DNA of 64,000 nucleotides from an uncultured Nitrospiraceae bacterium. GTDB taxonomy: Bacteria > Nitrospirota > Thermodesulfovibrionia > Thermodesulfovibrionales > Dissulfurispiraceae. The DNA lies in contig CAVPIW010000006.1 in the NCBI GenBank assembly GCA_963705105.1, positions 576,001 through 640,000 on the forward strand, given 5' to 3'. The stretch's first letter is position 1. The number at the start of each line of letters is the position of its first letter. Below, one piece after another: positions 20,624 through 29,938 of the stretch. A program made the translations under genes and the position numbers. The notes under the pieces were generated by a model. The model was not told the DNA's origin. It made no database searches and saw nothing but the letters and a program-made list of their open reading frames with translations.

Positions 20624-20825
20624 AACCATATCGTTGCATACGCCTTCCGGAAAGGCGGGGCTGGGGTGTATGCACCGAAAACCTTGCTGCGGCGACACCT
20701 GTATCATTGCGAAGGCGAGGCATACGCCGATGTCAGGAGAATTGGACTTCTTTTCCGACACTGACACTCACACTCACACTGTTTTCAGAGCGCTTCGCCC
20801 GCCTTTGTCATGCAATTGTGAGGTT
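20624..20825. repeat. dispersed repeat family A, full copy
   Basis: AACCATATCGTTGC...GCAATTGTGAGGTT ends; inner GAAAGGCGGG / CCCGCCTTT inverted arms; near-identical to 21274-21483. Confidence 0.85.
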
Positions 20826-20831
20826 GGCTGA

Positions 20832-21143
20832 CTAACAGCCTTCGACGGGTTTCTTCTTTGCAGGCTCTGTTGCCGGCTTCTTCGGCGCATCCGGTGCTTT
20901 GCTCGGCGGGGCCGGCGCAGGTTCAGGCTTCGGGGCCTCTTTCACGGTCTTCGGCGCGGGCTTCTCCGGGACACCGGTGGTCTGCTCAACGGGCTTTTCC
21001 GGCGCCGCCGGCACGGGGCTGACGGCCTCCTTCTTCGGGGCCTCGGCGGGTTTCTGCTCCTCCGCCTTCTTGCATCCCCCGGCAAACAGAAGACATGCCG
21101 AGCACAAGGCCACCACAACGATAATCAATCCGTTCTTCATCAT
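20832..21143 (-). CDS. small Pro/Lys/Glu-rich lipoprotein
   Basis: MMKNGLIIVVVALCSACLLFAGGC lipobox-like N-terminus, GGAGG RBS, low-complexity body, ends KKKPVEGC. Confidence 0.75.
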   Translation of the reverse strand: MMKNGLIIVVVALCSACLLFAGGCKKAEEQKPAEAPKKEAVSPVPAAPEKPVEQTTGVPEKPAPKTVKEAPKPEPAPAPPSKAPDAPKKPATEPAKKKPVEGC

Positions 21144-21273
21144 GACGCACCTCCGAGGGGAAAAAAATGTCACTCTTCCGGCGATATTCATTCCATGATA
21201 TCCTAAATGTATGATCGATGCAAACATCGGGCAGGCGGCTGCGTTGGGAATGCGCGTCGCCAAGCGATGGGAT

Positions 21274-21483
21274 AACCTTATCGTTGCAATACATTCCCCG
21301 GAAAGGCGGGGCTGGGGTGCATGCGCCGAAAACCGTGCTGCGGCGACACCTGTATCATTGCGGAAGGCGCGGCATACGCCGATGTCAGGAGAATTGGACC
21401 TCTTTTCCGACACTGACACTGACACTCACACTGACACTGTTTTCAGAGCGCTTCGCCCCGCCTTTCCATGTAACGACAGGGAT
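21274..21483. repeat. dispersed repeat family A, full copy
   Basis: AACCTTATCGTTGC left end; same interior as 20624-20825. Confidence 0.85.
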
Positions 21484-21503
21484 ACCTCATCCGTGGCAGG
21501 TCC

Positions 21504-22793
21504 GTGGTGAAGACGGCAACACTCCTGCACAGCAATGCAGGCGCCCTTACTCTCCCTCTGCTCCTGTTCATCTGCCTCGTCCTCGTCATGGCTCTCGCGA
21601 CGGGCGCAGTCATTTCCTCGACGGCACAACATATCCGGACCGTCGAGAGGCTCGCCCAGGAGGCCCTGAACAGCACCGCCCTCGCCCTCGCCTCCACAAC
21701 GGAACGCATGGTGGCCGAAAGGGGAGCCATGAGCGGCGAGGAATTCCGTGATGTCCTGTCTGACCGGGTCGTCGCGTATGCACTTATCGCGTCCGAAAAC
21801 GGCACCATCCTGTTTCATACCAACCCCCGTCTTGTGGGCGCCGCGTTAACCGAACGGGAAAACATGGCGTCATTCCTCCCCCTCAACATGACAGGGCGCA
21901 GGGTGACCCTGCAGACGGGCACCCCGGCCTATGAGTTTTTCTATATCCTTCATCGTGATGACGGCGCGGCGGACCTTCTCAAGATCGTGTTGCACACATT
22001 CCCCGCAGACTCCATCACCGAAAGGGCGAAGGAAATGTGGTGGAGCGTCGCGGTGGTGCTCACCGCCCTCTGGATTGTCGGCCTTGCCCTCGCATGGACC
22101 GTCCGCAGATACGCCGGCCTCCAGGCGAAGCGGGAAAAAGACAGGCAGATGGCGGTGATCGGACAGATGACATCCGTCCTGGCCCACGAGATCAGGAACG
22201 CCATCGGCGGCGTCAAGGGCTTCACGCAGTGGATCGACGAGAAGACGGAATCCTCGGACCACCGGAAAGCCGCCCTGGCCCTCGTGCTGAAGGGGACGGG
22301 GAGGATCGAAACACTGGTGAATGACCTTCTCCTCTATGCGCGCAATGAGACATACTCGATCGAAAGTGTCAATGTCGCGCCCCTTCTTGACGAGGCAATG
22401 ACTGTCGCCACCGCATCCTGGGAGGGAGAGAAGAAATCTGAATTCGACCCTGACATTCCCGTGCTGGCAGACAGGGAGAAACTCCTCCGTGTATTATTGA
22501 ATGGGATGCAGAATGCGGTGCAAGCAATGGGCGACGGGGGGCATCTCAGGGTATCGGCGAAATCCTCCGGCAGGTGGGTCACCATCGTCATCGAGGATAA
22601 CGGCCCCGGCATCTCCCCGGACGTGCAGGAGCACCTCTTCTCTCCCTTTTACACAACCAAGCCGACGGGAACGGGACTGGGGCTTGCATATTGCGGAAAG
22701 GCAATCGGAGACATGAAGGGAACAATCACACTTATGAACAGGACGAACGGCCGGGGCGCCGCGCTTACGATACGGCTTCCGGCGCCGCCGTGA
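21504..22793 (+). CDS. membrane sensor histidine kinase
   Basis: Two TM segments, LAHEIRN H-box, N-box NAVQA, DNGPGI, FYTTK..GTGLGL. Confidence 0.92.
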   Translation: MVKTATLLHSNAGALTLPLLLFICLVLVMALATGAVISSTAQHIRTVERLAQEALNSTALALASTTERMVAERGAMSGEEFRDVLSDRVVAYALIASENGTILFHTNPRLVGAALTERENMASFLPLNMTGRRVTLQTGTPAYEFFYILHRDDGAADLLKIVLHTFPADSITERAKEMWWSVAVVLTALWIVGLALAWTVRRYAGLQAKREKDRQMAVIGQMTSVLAHEIRNAIGGVKGFTQWIDEKTESSDHRKAALALVLKGTGRIETLVNDLLLYARNETYSIESVNVAPLLDEAMTVATASWEGEKKSEFDPDIPVLADREKLLRVLLNGMQNAVQAMGDGGHLRVSAKSSGRWVTIVIEDNGPGISPDVQEHLFSPFYTTKPTGTGLGLAYCGKAIGDMKGTITLMNRTNGRGAALTIRLPAPP

Positions 22794-22836
22794 ACCCTCC
22801 TTTTCATGGGTTTTACGCAACGATGTGGGTTATTTA

Positions 22837-22980
22837 GTGTCTGTTTATAAACTCATAAAGTGCAGTATATTTGTCATTCCGGCTTGTCCGGAATCGTTCT
22901 TTCAGAAGGATTCCCGACGCCCCCGCATCACGTGCGGGGTTGCGGGAATGACAGATGAAGTCTACTTTATGGACAGACTC
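22837..22980. mobile_element. MITE (144 bp) with 6-bp TSD TATTTA
   Basis: TIR GTGTCTGTTTATAAA vs reverse complement GAGTCTGTCCATAAA (12/15); TATTTA at 22831-22836 and 22981-22986; internal GTCATTCC...GGAATGAC palindrome. Confidence 0.75.
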
Positions 22981-23003
22981 TATTTAGACAGTAGTGAGGT
23001 GAT

Positions 23004-24335
23004 ATGAATAAAACGATACTGGTTGTTGACGACGATGAATTGATGCGGGCCTTCTTCGTGACCGTTCTCCGCGAAGAGGGGTACACCGTTGACGAGGCCC
23101 CGGACGGGAAGAAGGCGCTCGCGCGGCTCAGCGGAGCCGATATCGGCCTGGTCATAACGGACGTAAAGATGCCGGGACTGAGCGGCATGACACTCCTGGA
23201 GGAAGGCAGAAAGATGCGCCCCGATGTCAGGTGGATCATGATCACCGCCTACGGGTCTATCGGGCAGGCCGTCGAAGCGATGAAGGCCGGAGCGAGCGAC
23301 TATCTGGCGAAGCCCCTGCAGAGCCCCGAGGAGCTGCGCCACGTCGTGCGCCGGGTTCTCAGGGACGCGGAGAACGAGCGCAGGATAGAGCTGCTGACGG
23401 AGGAGCTCGGCAGCGCCTTTCCGCCGCCGGAGATGGTCTTCCTGGGGGAAGGAATGCAGGAGGTCTACCGGCTTGTGCAGGAGGTTGCGCCGACGCCCGC
23501 GACGGTCCTCGTTCTTGGGCCGAGCGGGACCGGCAAGGAGCTCATCGCGCGGGTCATTCACCGGCTGAGCCCGAGAAAGGACAAGCCCTTCGTCGCCGTC
23601 AACTGCGCAGCCCTTGCTGAATCTGTCCTCGAAAGCGAGCTTTTCGGTCACGAACGCGGCTCTTTCACCGGTGCGGCGGGCATGAGAAAAGGACGGTTCG
23701 AGCTTGCCGACGGCGGAACGATGTTTCTCGACGAAGTGGCGGAGATACCGCCGCCCGTACAGGTCAAACTGCTGCGCGTCCTCCAGGAGCGGGCCATCGA
23801 GCGGGTCGGCGGCTCGACGGCCATCCCTGTCGACATCCGGATCATATCGGCGACAAACAAGGACCTGACGGCCGAGGTGGCGGCAAACCGCTTCAGGGAG
23901 GACCTCTTTTACCGGGTCAACGTCTTCCCCATCACCCTGCCGCCGCTCACCGGCAGAAGGGATGCGATCATTCCCCTGGCGGAGTATTTCGTCAAGAAAT
24001 ATGCGGCATCCCTCGGCAAGAAACCGTGTCCCCTGTCGGACAGCGCACGGTCCCGCCTGCTGGACTATCACTGGCCGGGGAACATCCGTGAGCTCCAGAA
24101 CGTGATAGAGAGGGCCGTCATCCTCTGCAAAGACGTGATCGATGCCTGTCATCTGAACCTGCAGGCGGCAGATGAAGGGGCTGCTCCGGAAGGGGGTATG
24201 CTCGGGAGGAGGGAGAGGGAAGCGATTGAGGAGGCCCTTCTCAAGACGGGAGGGAACAGGAAAAAAGCGGCGGAGATGCTCGGCATTTCCCGGAGGACTT
24301 TGCATTATCGGCTCAAACAGTTCGGGATTACGTAA
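23004..24335 (+). CDS. sigma54-dependent response regulator (NtrC/ZraR-like)
   Basis: REC domain (VVDDD, TDVKMP), GPSGTGKE, ESELFGHERGSFTGA, WPGNIREL, Fis-type HTH. Confidence 0.95.
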   Translation: MNKTILVVDDDELMRAFFVTVLREEGYTVDEAPDGKKALARLSGADIGLVITDVKMPGLSGMTLLEEGRKMRPDVRWIMITAYGSIGQAVEAMKAGASDYLAKPLQSPEELRHVVRRVLRDAENERRIELLTEELGSAFPPPEMVFLGEGMQEVYRLVQEVAPTPATVLVLGPSGTGKELIARVIHRLSPRKDKPFVAVNCAALAESVLESELFGHERGSFTGAAGMRKGRFELADGGTMFLDEVAEIPPPVQVKLLRVLQERAIERVGGSTAIPVDIRIISATNKDLTAEVAANRFREDLFYRVNVFPITLPPLTGRRDAIIPLAEYFVKKYAASLGKKPCPLSDSARSRLLDYHWPGNIRELQNVIERAVILCKDVIDACHLNLQAADEGAAPEGGMLGRREREAIEEALLKTGGNRKKAAEMLGISRRTLHYRLKQFGIT

Positions 24336-24385
24336 ATGGAACGGCTCTTGCAAAGATTGATTATTGATACTTGCGTGAATGAAAT

Positions 24386-24571
24386 AACATTATCGTCGCA
24401 CACCCCCTCCGAAAAGGCGGGGCTGGGGTGAATGCGCCGAAAACCTTGGTGCGGCGACACCTGTATCGAGACATGGGTGAATTGGACATCTTTTCCGACA
24501 CAGACACTCACACTCACACTGACATTGTTTCCAGAGTGCTTCGCCCCGCCTTTTCACGCAACTGATAGGTA
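24386..24571. repeat. dispersed repeat family A, full copy
   Basis: Same arms and GACACT tract; ends a few nt before the ATG at 24575. Confidence 0.85.
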
Positions 24572-24574
24572 ACC

Positions 24575-25075
24575 ATGAAGATTTCTGTCGTGTTCATCAT
24601 CCTGCTCATGACGCTCCTCGTTCCGCAGGGCGCCCCGTCGGCGGAGGACGCCCTGCTCGAAAAAAGCGGCATCCGTTATCCCGAAGGGTTCGATCTCAAC
24701 ACGGTCCATGAAATCCAGGGAAAGGTGCGGGGGGTCACCATGCCCGAACAGGGGCCTGTCAGCTTCAGCCTCTCTGCAAAGAGAGAGGCCTATACGGTTT
24801 TCGCGTCGCCCCGGTGGTACTGGGATGACCTTGAGGTCTCCCTCGGGGAAGGCGCGGAGGTACGCGTCCTCGGATCGACGACGCTGGGCAGGGACGGACA
24901 CCTTTACATTGTCGCCCAGGAGCTGACTGTCCTCGATTCCCGCAAGTCATACAGTTTCAGGGCGAGCGACGGGACCCCGCTCTGGAGAGGACCCCGTATC
25001 GGATCAGGCGGGAGGGGCGTGGGAGGCGGCCACCAGATGAGGGGCGGCGGAGGCCAGGGAAGGGGGCGGAGATGA
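24575..25075 (+). CDS. exported OB-fold-like hypothetical protein with Gly-rich tail
   Basis: Signal peptide; ...SPRWYW...V.VLGS...DGTPLW; Gly/Arg-rich C-terminus. Confidence 0.6.
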   Translation: MKISVVFIILLMTLLVPQGAPSAEDALLEKSGIRYPEGFDLNTVHEIQGKVRGVTMPEQGPVSFSLSAKREAYTVFASPRWYWDDLEVSLGEGAEVRVLGSTTLGRDGHLYIVAQELTVLDSRKSYSFRASDGTPLWRGPRIGSGGRGVGGGHQMRGGGGQGRGRR

Positions 25076-25965
25076 CGACTCGGGGGTCGGCCTCTTTTTT
25101 CCTTTCCATCGCCTCAGCCATCCTTCTGCTCATTGCAGGGATTCCCGCCGGGGCCGCCTGGGAATCCCTCGTCAGAGTCGGCTTCGACTCCAACGTCAAC
25201 AGGGACATCGACAATGAGAAGAGCGACACCTATGCATCGTTCAGACTCCTGACGGAGAAGGAACCGACCGGTGAATCCCGCATGGAGTGGACCTATGCGG
25301 CATTGGTCGAAGCGACAGTATACAACCGCTATGATGAACTGAATTCCATAGACCTTTCCTTCACTCCCGGGCTCGTCTACCGGCCGCACCTCTCGGTGAC
25401 CATCGGACTCCACCCCTTTGTGGGCGGGCAGTTGGTGAGCGAATCGGACCTGTCCTCTCTGACTGTCGGGGGCCAGGCAAGTCTCCGCGGCTATATCTCT
25501 CCATCTGTCTCTCTGAATGTCTACTATTCCTATCGGGAGAGTTTTGCCAACAACGATATTTATTCCTACGGGATGCACAGTGCGGGAATCGCTGCTTCAA
25601 TGGCGGTCAGCGCGAAGGTCGCCATTGAGGCGGGCTATGAATACGGTCACGGCGACTCCTTTCTCGGGCTGGGGGGAGAAGACAAATCAGGACAGGGGGG
25701 TCCTCCTGGAGGGGGACAGCGACCTGGAGGGGGACAGGGACCCGGAGGGGGACAGGGGAACCAGTTCCGCGGCAGCCTCTCCCCCGTCTTCGGTGAATCC
25801 GTCGTCAAAGAGACCGTCGACCGGCACACCTTCGAAGCGGCAGTGACCGTCAATTGGAATCGTTCCTGGTTCAGTTCCGTACAGTATATCTTCACCTCCT
25901 GGCAGGGTGATTCAGGGACTGCATCATCCCACGGGGGATACCTGTCCGCAGGCTATCGCTTCTGA
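25072..25965 (+). CDS. outer-membrane beta-barrel protein
   Basis: Signal peptide, GFDSNV, alternating beta-strand pattern, C-terminal YLSAGYRF; internal GGGQ(R/G)P repeats. Confidence 0.75.
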   Translation: MTTRGSASFFLSIASAILLLIAGIPAGAAWESLVRVGFDSNVNRDIDNEKSDTYASFRLLTEKEPTGESRMEWTYAALVEATVYNRYDELNSIDLSFTPGLVYRPHLSVTIGLHPFVGGQLVSESDLSSLTVGGQASLRGYISPSVSLNVYYSYRESFANNDIYSYGMHSAGIAASMAVSAKVAIEAGYEYGHGDSFLGLGGEDKSGQGGPPGGGQRPGGGQGPGGGQGNQFRGSLSPVFGESVVKETVDRHTFEAAVTVNWNRSWFSSVQYIFTSWQGDSGTASSHGGYLSAGYRF

Positions 25966-25994
25966 AGAATTCGGCTCTCATTTCCGACAACCAA

Positions 25995-26038
25995 GCAATA
26001 ATTGCGCACCTGCGCAGAAAAGAGCGCAAATATTGCGC
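25995..26038. promoter_or_regulatory. paired palindromic enhancer-like (UAS) sites
   Basis: GCAATAATTGC (25995-26005) and GCGCAAATATTGCGC (26024-26038) just upstream of a sigma54-like promoter. Confidence 0.55.
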
Positions 26039-26089
26039 ACCCCGATGACGCTCCTGCCTCTTTTCTCTATCTTTCAGAATGTTACCTCC

Positions 26090-26105
26090 TGGCACAAATG
26101 TTGAT
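26090..26105 (+). promoter_or_regulatory. sigma54 -24/-12 promoter-like site
   Basis: TGGCAC-AAATG-TTGAT (consensus TGGCAC-N5-TTGC, one mismatch at -12). Confidence 0.6.
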
Positions 26106-26156
26106 ATATGTTCATGAAGCACCAGTAAACCCACACTCATGAAGGAGGTAGTAAAA

Positions 26157-26444
26157 ATGAAAAAAGGCATTGGAGTTTTTCTGATCGCTGCATCGACCGT
26201 TTTCCTCTTCTCGCTGTCCGACGCGGATGCGCAGGGAAGGGGTCAGGGAGCGCGACTCAGGGACGGGTCATGCACAAGGTCCAACACGAGCACGCAGACA
26301 CAGACACAAACCGGTTCGACATGGACCAACCGGAACAGGAGCGGTGTTCGGCCGATGGACGGCAGCGGCGCCGGTTTCGGTGACGGGACACGGCCTCAGC
26401 CCCGCGACGGCAGCGGCTTCGGCAGAGGGGCGACGAGACAGTAA
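26157..26444 (+). CDS. small exported Gly/Arg-rich protein
   Basis: AAGGAGG RBS; signal peptide ending ADA; RLRDGSC and repeated DGSG motifs. Confidence 0.75.
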   Translation: MKKGIGVFLIAASTVFLFSLSDADAQGRGQGARLRDGSCTRSNTSTQTQTQTGSTWTNRNRSGVRPMDGSGAGFGDGTRPQPRDGSGFGRGATRQ

Positions 26445-26463
26445 CTGTTTCCGGAAAGGGATG

Positions 26464-26498
26464 AAGAAAGGGCCTGCCCCGCACGCAGGCCCTTTCTT
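26464..26498. terminator. bidirectional intrinsic terminator
   Basis: AAGAAAGGGCCTGC-loop-GCAGGCCCTTTCTT between convergent genes. Confidence 0.85.
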
Positions 26499-26516
26499 AA
26501 TGAACCCACGCCCTCT

Positions 26517-26978
26517 TCACAATCCTTCCCTGATAACCCTCTCCCTGATCGATTCTATCCGGCTGCGGTTCACGCCGATGTCCCAGTACCCGGTGCGGGA
26601 TGCGGAGCGGACATGGATGACCCCGTTCTCCCGGTCCAGGAGGAACTGGGCGTCATCGACGAAACCCAGCAGGGTCCTGAACTCGGCATGCATGTACCCT
26701 TCCACATCGGTCACGATCGTCGCCCTCTTCATGGTCATGATGATCTTCCTGAGCCGGTTCATCGCGTCATCCGGCGAGGAGGTGTAGCGCAACGGCTCGA
26801 TGAAATGACCCTCGTCGGCACTCAGGCTCGAAACACAGTTCGGCGATGAAGGACAGGGTGCGAGTCTCCCTTTCATAGCGTCGTCACTACTCACTACGGC
26901 CTCTCCAAAAACAGCAACGAGCAGGCATAAGACGACAAGCGAGAGGCACCCCAGAAGAGTTGTATTTTTTTCCATCAT
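26517..26978 (-). CDS. DUF1499 family protein
   Basis: LAPCPSSPNCVSS, GFVDD, IHVRSASRTGYWDIGVNRSRIE. Confidence 0.88.
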   Translation of the reverse strand: MMEKNTTLLGCLSLVVLCLLVAVFGEAVVSSDDAMKGRLAPCPSSPNCVSSLSADEGHFIEPLRYTSSPDDAMNRLRKIIMTMKRATIVTDVEGYMHAEFRTLLGFVDDAQFLLDRENGVIHVRSASRTGYWDIGVNRSRIESIRERVIREGL

Positions 26979-27078
26979 GTTCCATAGTAAAACCAGTACG
27001 GTCTTTTCTTCAAGTGTCGCCAGCTGCTGCGCCGATCACGCCAGACCCGACACTGCCACGGCAGGGACTGCAGACACA

Positions 27079-27633
27079 ATGGAATCCCCACAGGTCACAT
27101 TCAGACGGGCACGGCAGGCCGATTATCCCGCCCTTGTCGGACTGCAGCAGGAGAACCTCTTTTCCAGCCTCAGCGGGGATGAGCTGACAGACGGATTCCT
27201 CTCGATCGCCTATTCCCCGGAAGAGTTCGAGGCGATGAACAGGGACCTTGCCGTCGTCGTCGCCGAGAAGGGCGGTACGATCGTCGGTTACCTCTGCGGG
27301 ACGACCTGCACATATGCCCGTCAATTCCCGATCCTCCGCGCCCTTCTCGACGTACTCACGGAAACCCCCGTTGCCGGGATCTTTCTGACACCGTCCAACA
27401 CGTTCATCTACGGCCCCGTCTGCGTTGCAAAACATGCCAGGGGTTCAGGCATCCTCGCAGGCCTGGTCCGAACATTGTGCGACATCGCCCGTGAACGCTA
27501 CGCTTTTTGTGCCCTCTTTATCGCCGACGCAAACAGGCGCTCTCTCAGGGCACACCTCAAGCTCGGCATGGACGATCTCGGAACCTTCGAGTTGAGCGGA
27601 ATGACTTACCACGCTCTCGCCATGGCCCTCTGA
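27079..27633 (+). CDS. GNAT family N-acetyltransferase
   Basis: FRRARQAD, YGPVCVAKHARGSG, N.RSLRAH.KLG; start at MESPQ. Confidence 0.8.
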   Translation: MESPQVTFRRARQADYPALVGLQQENLFSSLSGDELTDGFLSIAYSPEEFEAMNRDLAVVVAEKGGTIVGYLCGTTCTYARQFPILRALLDVLTETPVAGIFLTPSNTFIYGPVCVAKHARGSGILAGLVRTLCDIARERYAFCALFIADANRRSLRAHLKLGMDDLGTFELSGMTYHALAMAL

Positions 27634-27651
27634 CCGGCTGCGTATAAACGG

Positions 27652-27893
27652 ACATCATCGTTGCACATGCCCTCGGGAAAGGCGGGGCGGAGGCGCTGAA
27701 AAGCCCCGGTGCTGCGAACCCTCCGCCTTCCCATAAGGACCATTTCAGGCCGACGGTCGATGCCACAAAGAATGGAATCGAATCGTGTAGGGGCCGTTCC
27801 CCGAACGGCCCGACATTAATGAACTGACACTCACACTGTCACTGACACTGTTTTTCAGAGTGCTTCACCCCGCCTTTTCATGCATTGCAGGGT
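27652..27893. repeat. family A copy with embedded GTAG REP (27787-27812)
   Basis: GAAAGGCGGGGC left arm, CCCCGCCTTTT right arm, GACACT tract, GTAGGGGCCGTTCCCCGAACGGCCCG. Confidence 0.8.
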
Positions 27894-27902
27894 AGTCTGA
27901 CC

Positions 27903-28829
27903 CTACGGAAGGATCCCCCGAAGGCTCTGGATCACCGAACCCGGATCGGCACACTCGTCGGTGAAACGCCACAGCTCAATCTGGACGCTGAAAGACTGGA
28001 TGAGGTCAATGTTCTTCGTCTTCAGAAAGTTTACAATCTCCATGAGGTTCGGCGGCGCAAGGGAGCCGATGGTGTAAGTCCCTTCGGGGATCGAAAGCCC
28101 GGCATTAATACAGAAAAGGGGCAGTATGACGATGCTCGTCTGACCGGGGGAGAGGGTGACAACGAAATCTGTAACGAGCAGGAGATTCTGAAAGGCCTTG
28201 GTGCTGCTGGCGAACATGAGGCCTGCCGGAACGGTGAAGGTGACCGGTGATCCGCTGTTGTTCAGGAACGTCAGTGCAAGGGCAAAGGGGCCGACAAGGC
28301 CCGGGTCATCGGGGACGGAGATATTCGTAATCACGACACTTCCGGGCAGCCATGGCAGGAACGGCCGGCCCGTGTTGATAACGCCTCCCTCGCAGGTGAA
28401 CCTGAAGGGGGCCGAACACTGGGCAACTGTTGAATCGTTGAAAGAATCCTTTAGTTCGAGGGTCCAGATGATGTCTCCTTGGACGGTGTAATCGGGCAAT
28501 CCGAAGGGCAGACTGGGGATCACAAAGATCGGCGCGTCAGTGATCGACAGGCCCGGCGAAATGGTGATATTGTCCACCCAGGGAACACGGTTGGTGTGGC
28601 CCGTCGACCCGTCCCAGTAGAGGACCGCCTGATCCACCTGGACGGAAAAGAATATATCGACCGTCGAGGTCCTGTCGGAAGTAAAATCCAGCAGGACGGC
28701 AAATTCGTCGCCTCCGTGGTGGACCGGCAGGTTCATACTGAGATTGCAGCTCGTCGCCCCGGCATGAGACGAAATCATAAGAGCAATGCCGACAAGTGCC
28801 ATGATGCAAAAAACAATTCTTTTCATCAT
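27903..28829 (-). CDS. exported hypothetical protein (beta-rich, several Cys)
   Basis: 308 aa ORF with signal peptide and GGAGGG RBS; no family recognised. Confidence 0.65.
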   Translation of the reverse strand: MMKRIVFCIMALVGIALMISSHAGATSCNLSMNLPVHHGGDEFAVLLDFTSDRTSTVDIFFSVQVDQAVLYWDGSTGHTNRVPWVDNITISPGLSITDAPIFVIPSLPFGLPDYTVQGDIIWTLELKDSFNDSTVAQCSAPFRFTCEGGVINTGRPFLPWLPGSVVITNISVPDDPGLVGPFALALTFLNNSGSPVTFTVPAGLMFASSTKAFQNLLLVTDFVVTLSPGQTSIVILPLFCINAGLSIPEGTYTIGSLAPPNLMEIVNFLKTKNIDLIQSFSVQIELWRFTDECADPGSVIQSLRGILP

Positions 28830-28925
28830 TTTCCCTCCGCGGAGAAGTCGGTCATGACATCCTCCGTTAACGGTTCGTACTCGGGAACGCCCTTGACCCT
28901 CGCGGACATGCGTTCCGACGTCACC

Positions 28926-29606
28926 TCAGGACCGGTAAAACCTGACGAGATGGGAGGGGGAAACGCCGAGGGAATAGAGAGTGATGAGCGTCCAGTTCCT
29001 CAGCGTGCCATAGACGACGCCCTCTTTATCCCATCGTCTCGGAGATGTCAGGACCCTGTCGGGCAAAACCGCCATCCTGCCCCCTGCCTTCTTGATTCTC
29101 CTGACGATCTCGACATCCTCCATGAGGGGGATCTCGGAATACCCGCCGATCTTTTCGAAAGCATCGCGGCTGATAAAGATCCCCTGATCGCCGTAGGGAA
29201 TGCCGGTGACCCGCGACCGGATGAAGGCCCCCTTCTCGATGATCCTGAAGATGATGCGTTCCGATCGTATACCGAGCGTGAAGGCCCCCCCGGCATATTC
29301 GCCCTTCTCCATGACCGAGCATATCTTCCGAAAGGCCCCTTCGGGAAGCTCCGTGTCGGCGTGCAGAAAGAGAAGGATTTCCCCCCGGGCGACGGATGCG
29401 CCCCTGTTCATCTGCGTTCCCCTGCCCTGCCGGGTCAGCAGGGTGATGACGGATTCATCGTGTATCACCGCTATCGTGTCCCCGTCGGGGTGCCCGTCGG
29501 CGACGATGATCTCCCGCGGCACCGGGGGATCGATGCGGCCGATATGGTCAATCAGTGCATTGATCGAGGCGGACTCCCTCCAGGCGGGGATGATCACCGA
29601 AAGCAT
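28926..29606 (-). CDS. GT2 glycosyltransferase, TIGR04283-like
   Basis: LSVIIPA, GRGTQMNRGA, LFLHADT, PYGDQG, GGYSEIPLMEDVE, TSPRRW. Confidence 0.88.
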   Translation of the reverse strand: MLSVIIPAWRESASINALIDHIGRIDPPVPREIIVADGHPDGDTIAVIHDESVITLLTRQGRGTQMNRGASVARGEILLFLHADTELPEGAFRKICSVMEKGEYAGGAFTLGIRSERIIFRIIEKGAFIRSRVTGIPYGDQGIFISRDAFEKIGGYSEIPLMEDVEIVRRIKKAGGRMAVLPDRVLTSPRRWDKEGVVYGTLRNWTLITLYSLGVSPSHLVRFYRS

Positions 29607-29848
29607 ACATTCCCCCCTGCTGCTCGTTCCGGGCTGCCTTTCCATGACACCTATGCCTGAACTCAGAGACCCCTTTCTCTCCATGCCATATTATAAACCC
29701 TGTTGTTGCCGGATACGACAGAAAAAAACGGGATGACGACGGCGACATGACGGTCGGCAGTCAGCAGGCAAAAGACAGGAACCAGACGGCAGACACACCG
29801 GCGGGAAGGCTGACGTGATGACAGGCTTTCGCGCAAAAACCGGAAGTT

Positions 29849-29857
29849 TGGTATAAT
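29849..29857 (+). promoter_or_regulatory. extended -10 promoter upstream of FAS/PKS cluster
   Basis: TGgTATAAT about 80 nt upstream of the first cluster gene. Confidence 0.55.
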
Positions 29858-29938
29858 TCAAAGTTCTGCCTTGCCGTAAGGGGAGACGCAATCGTCCCCC
29901 TGTTTCAATTATGGTTTCCGGTATCGAGAGGTGCGCTC

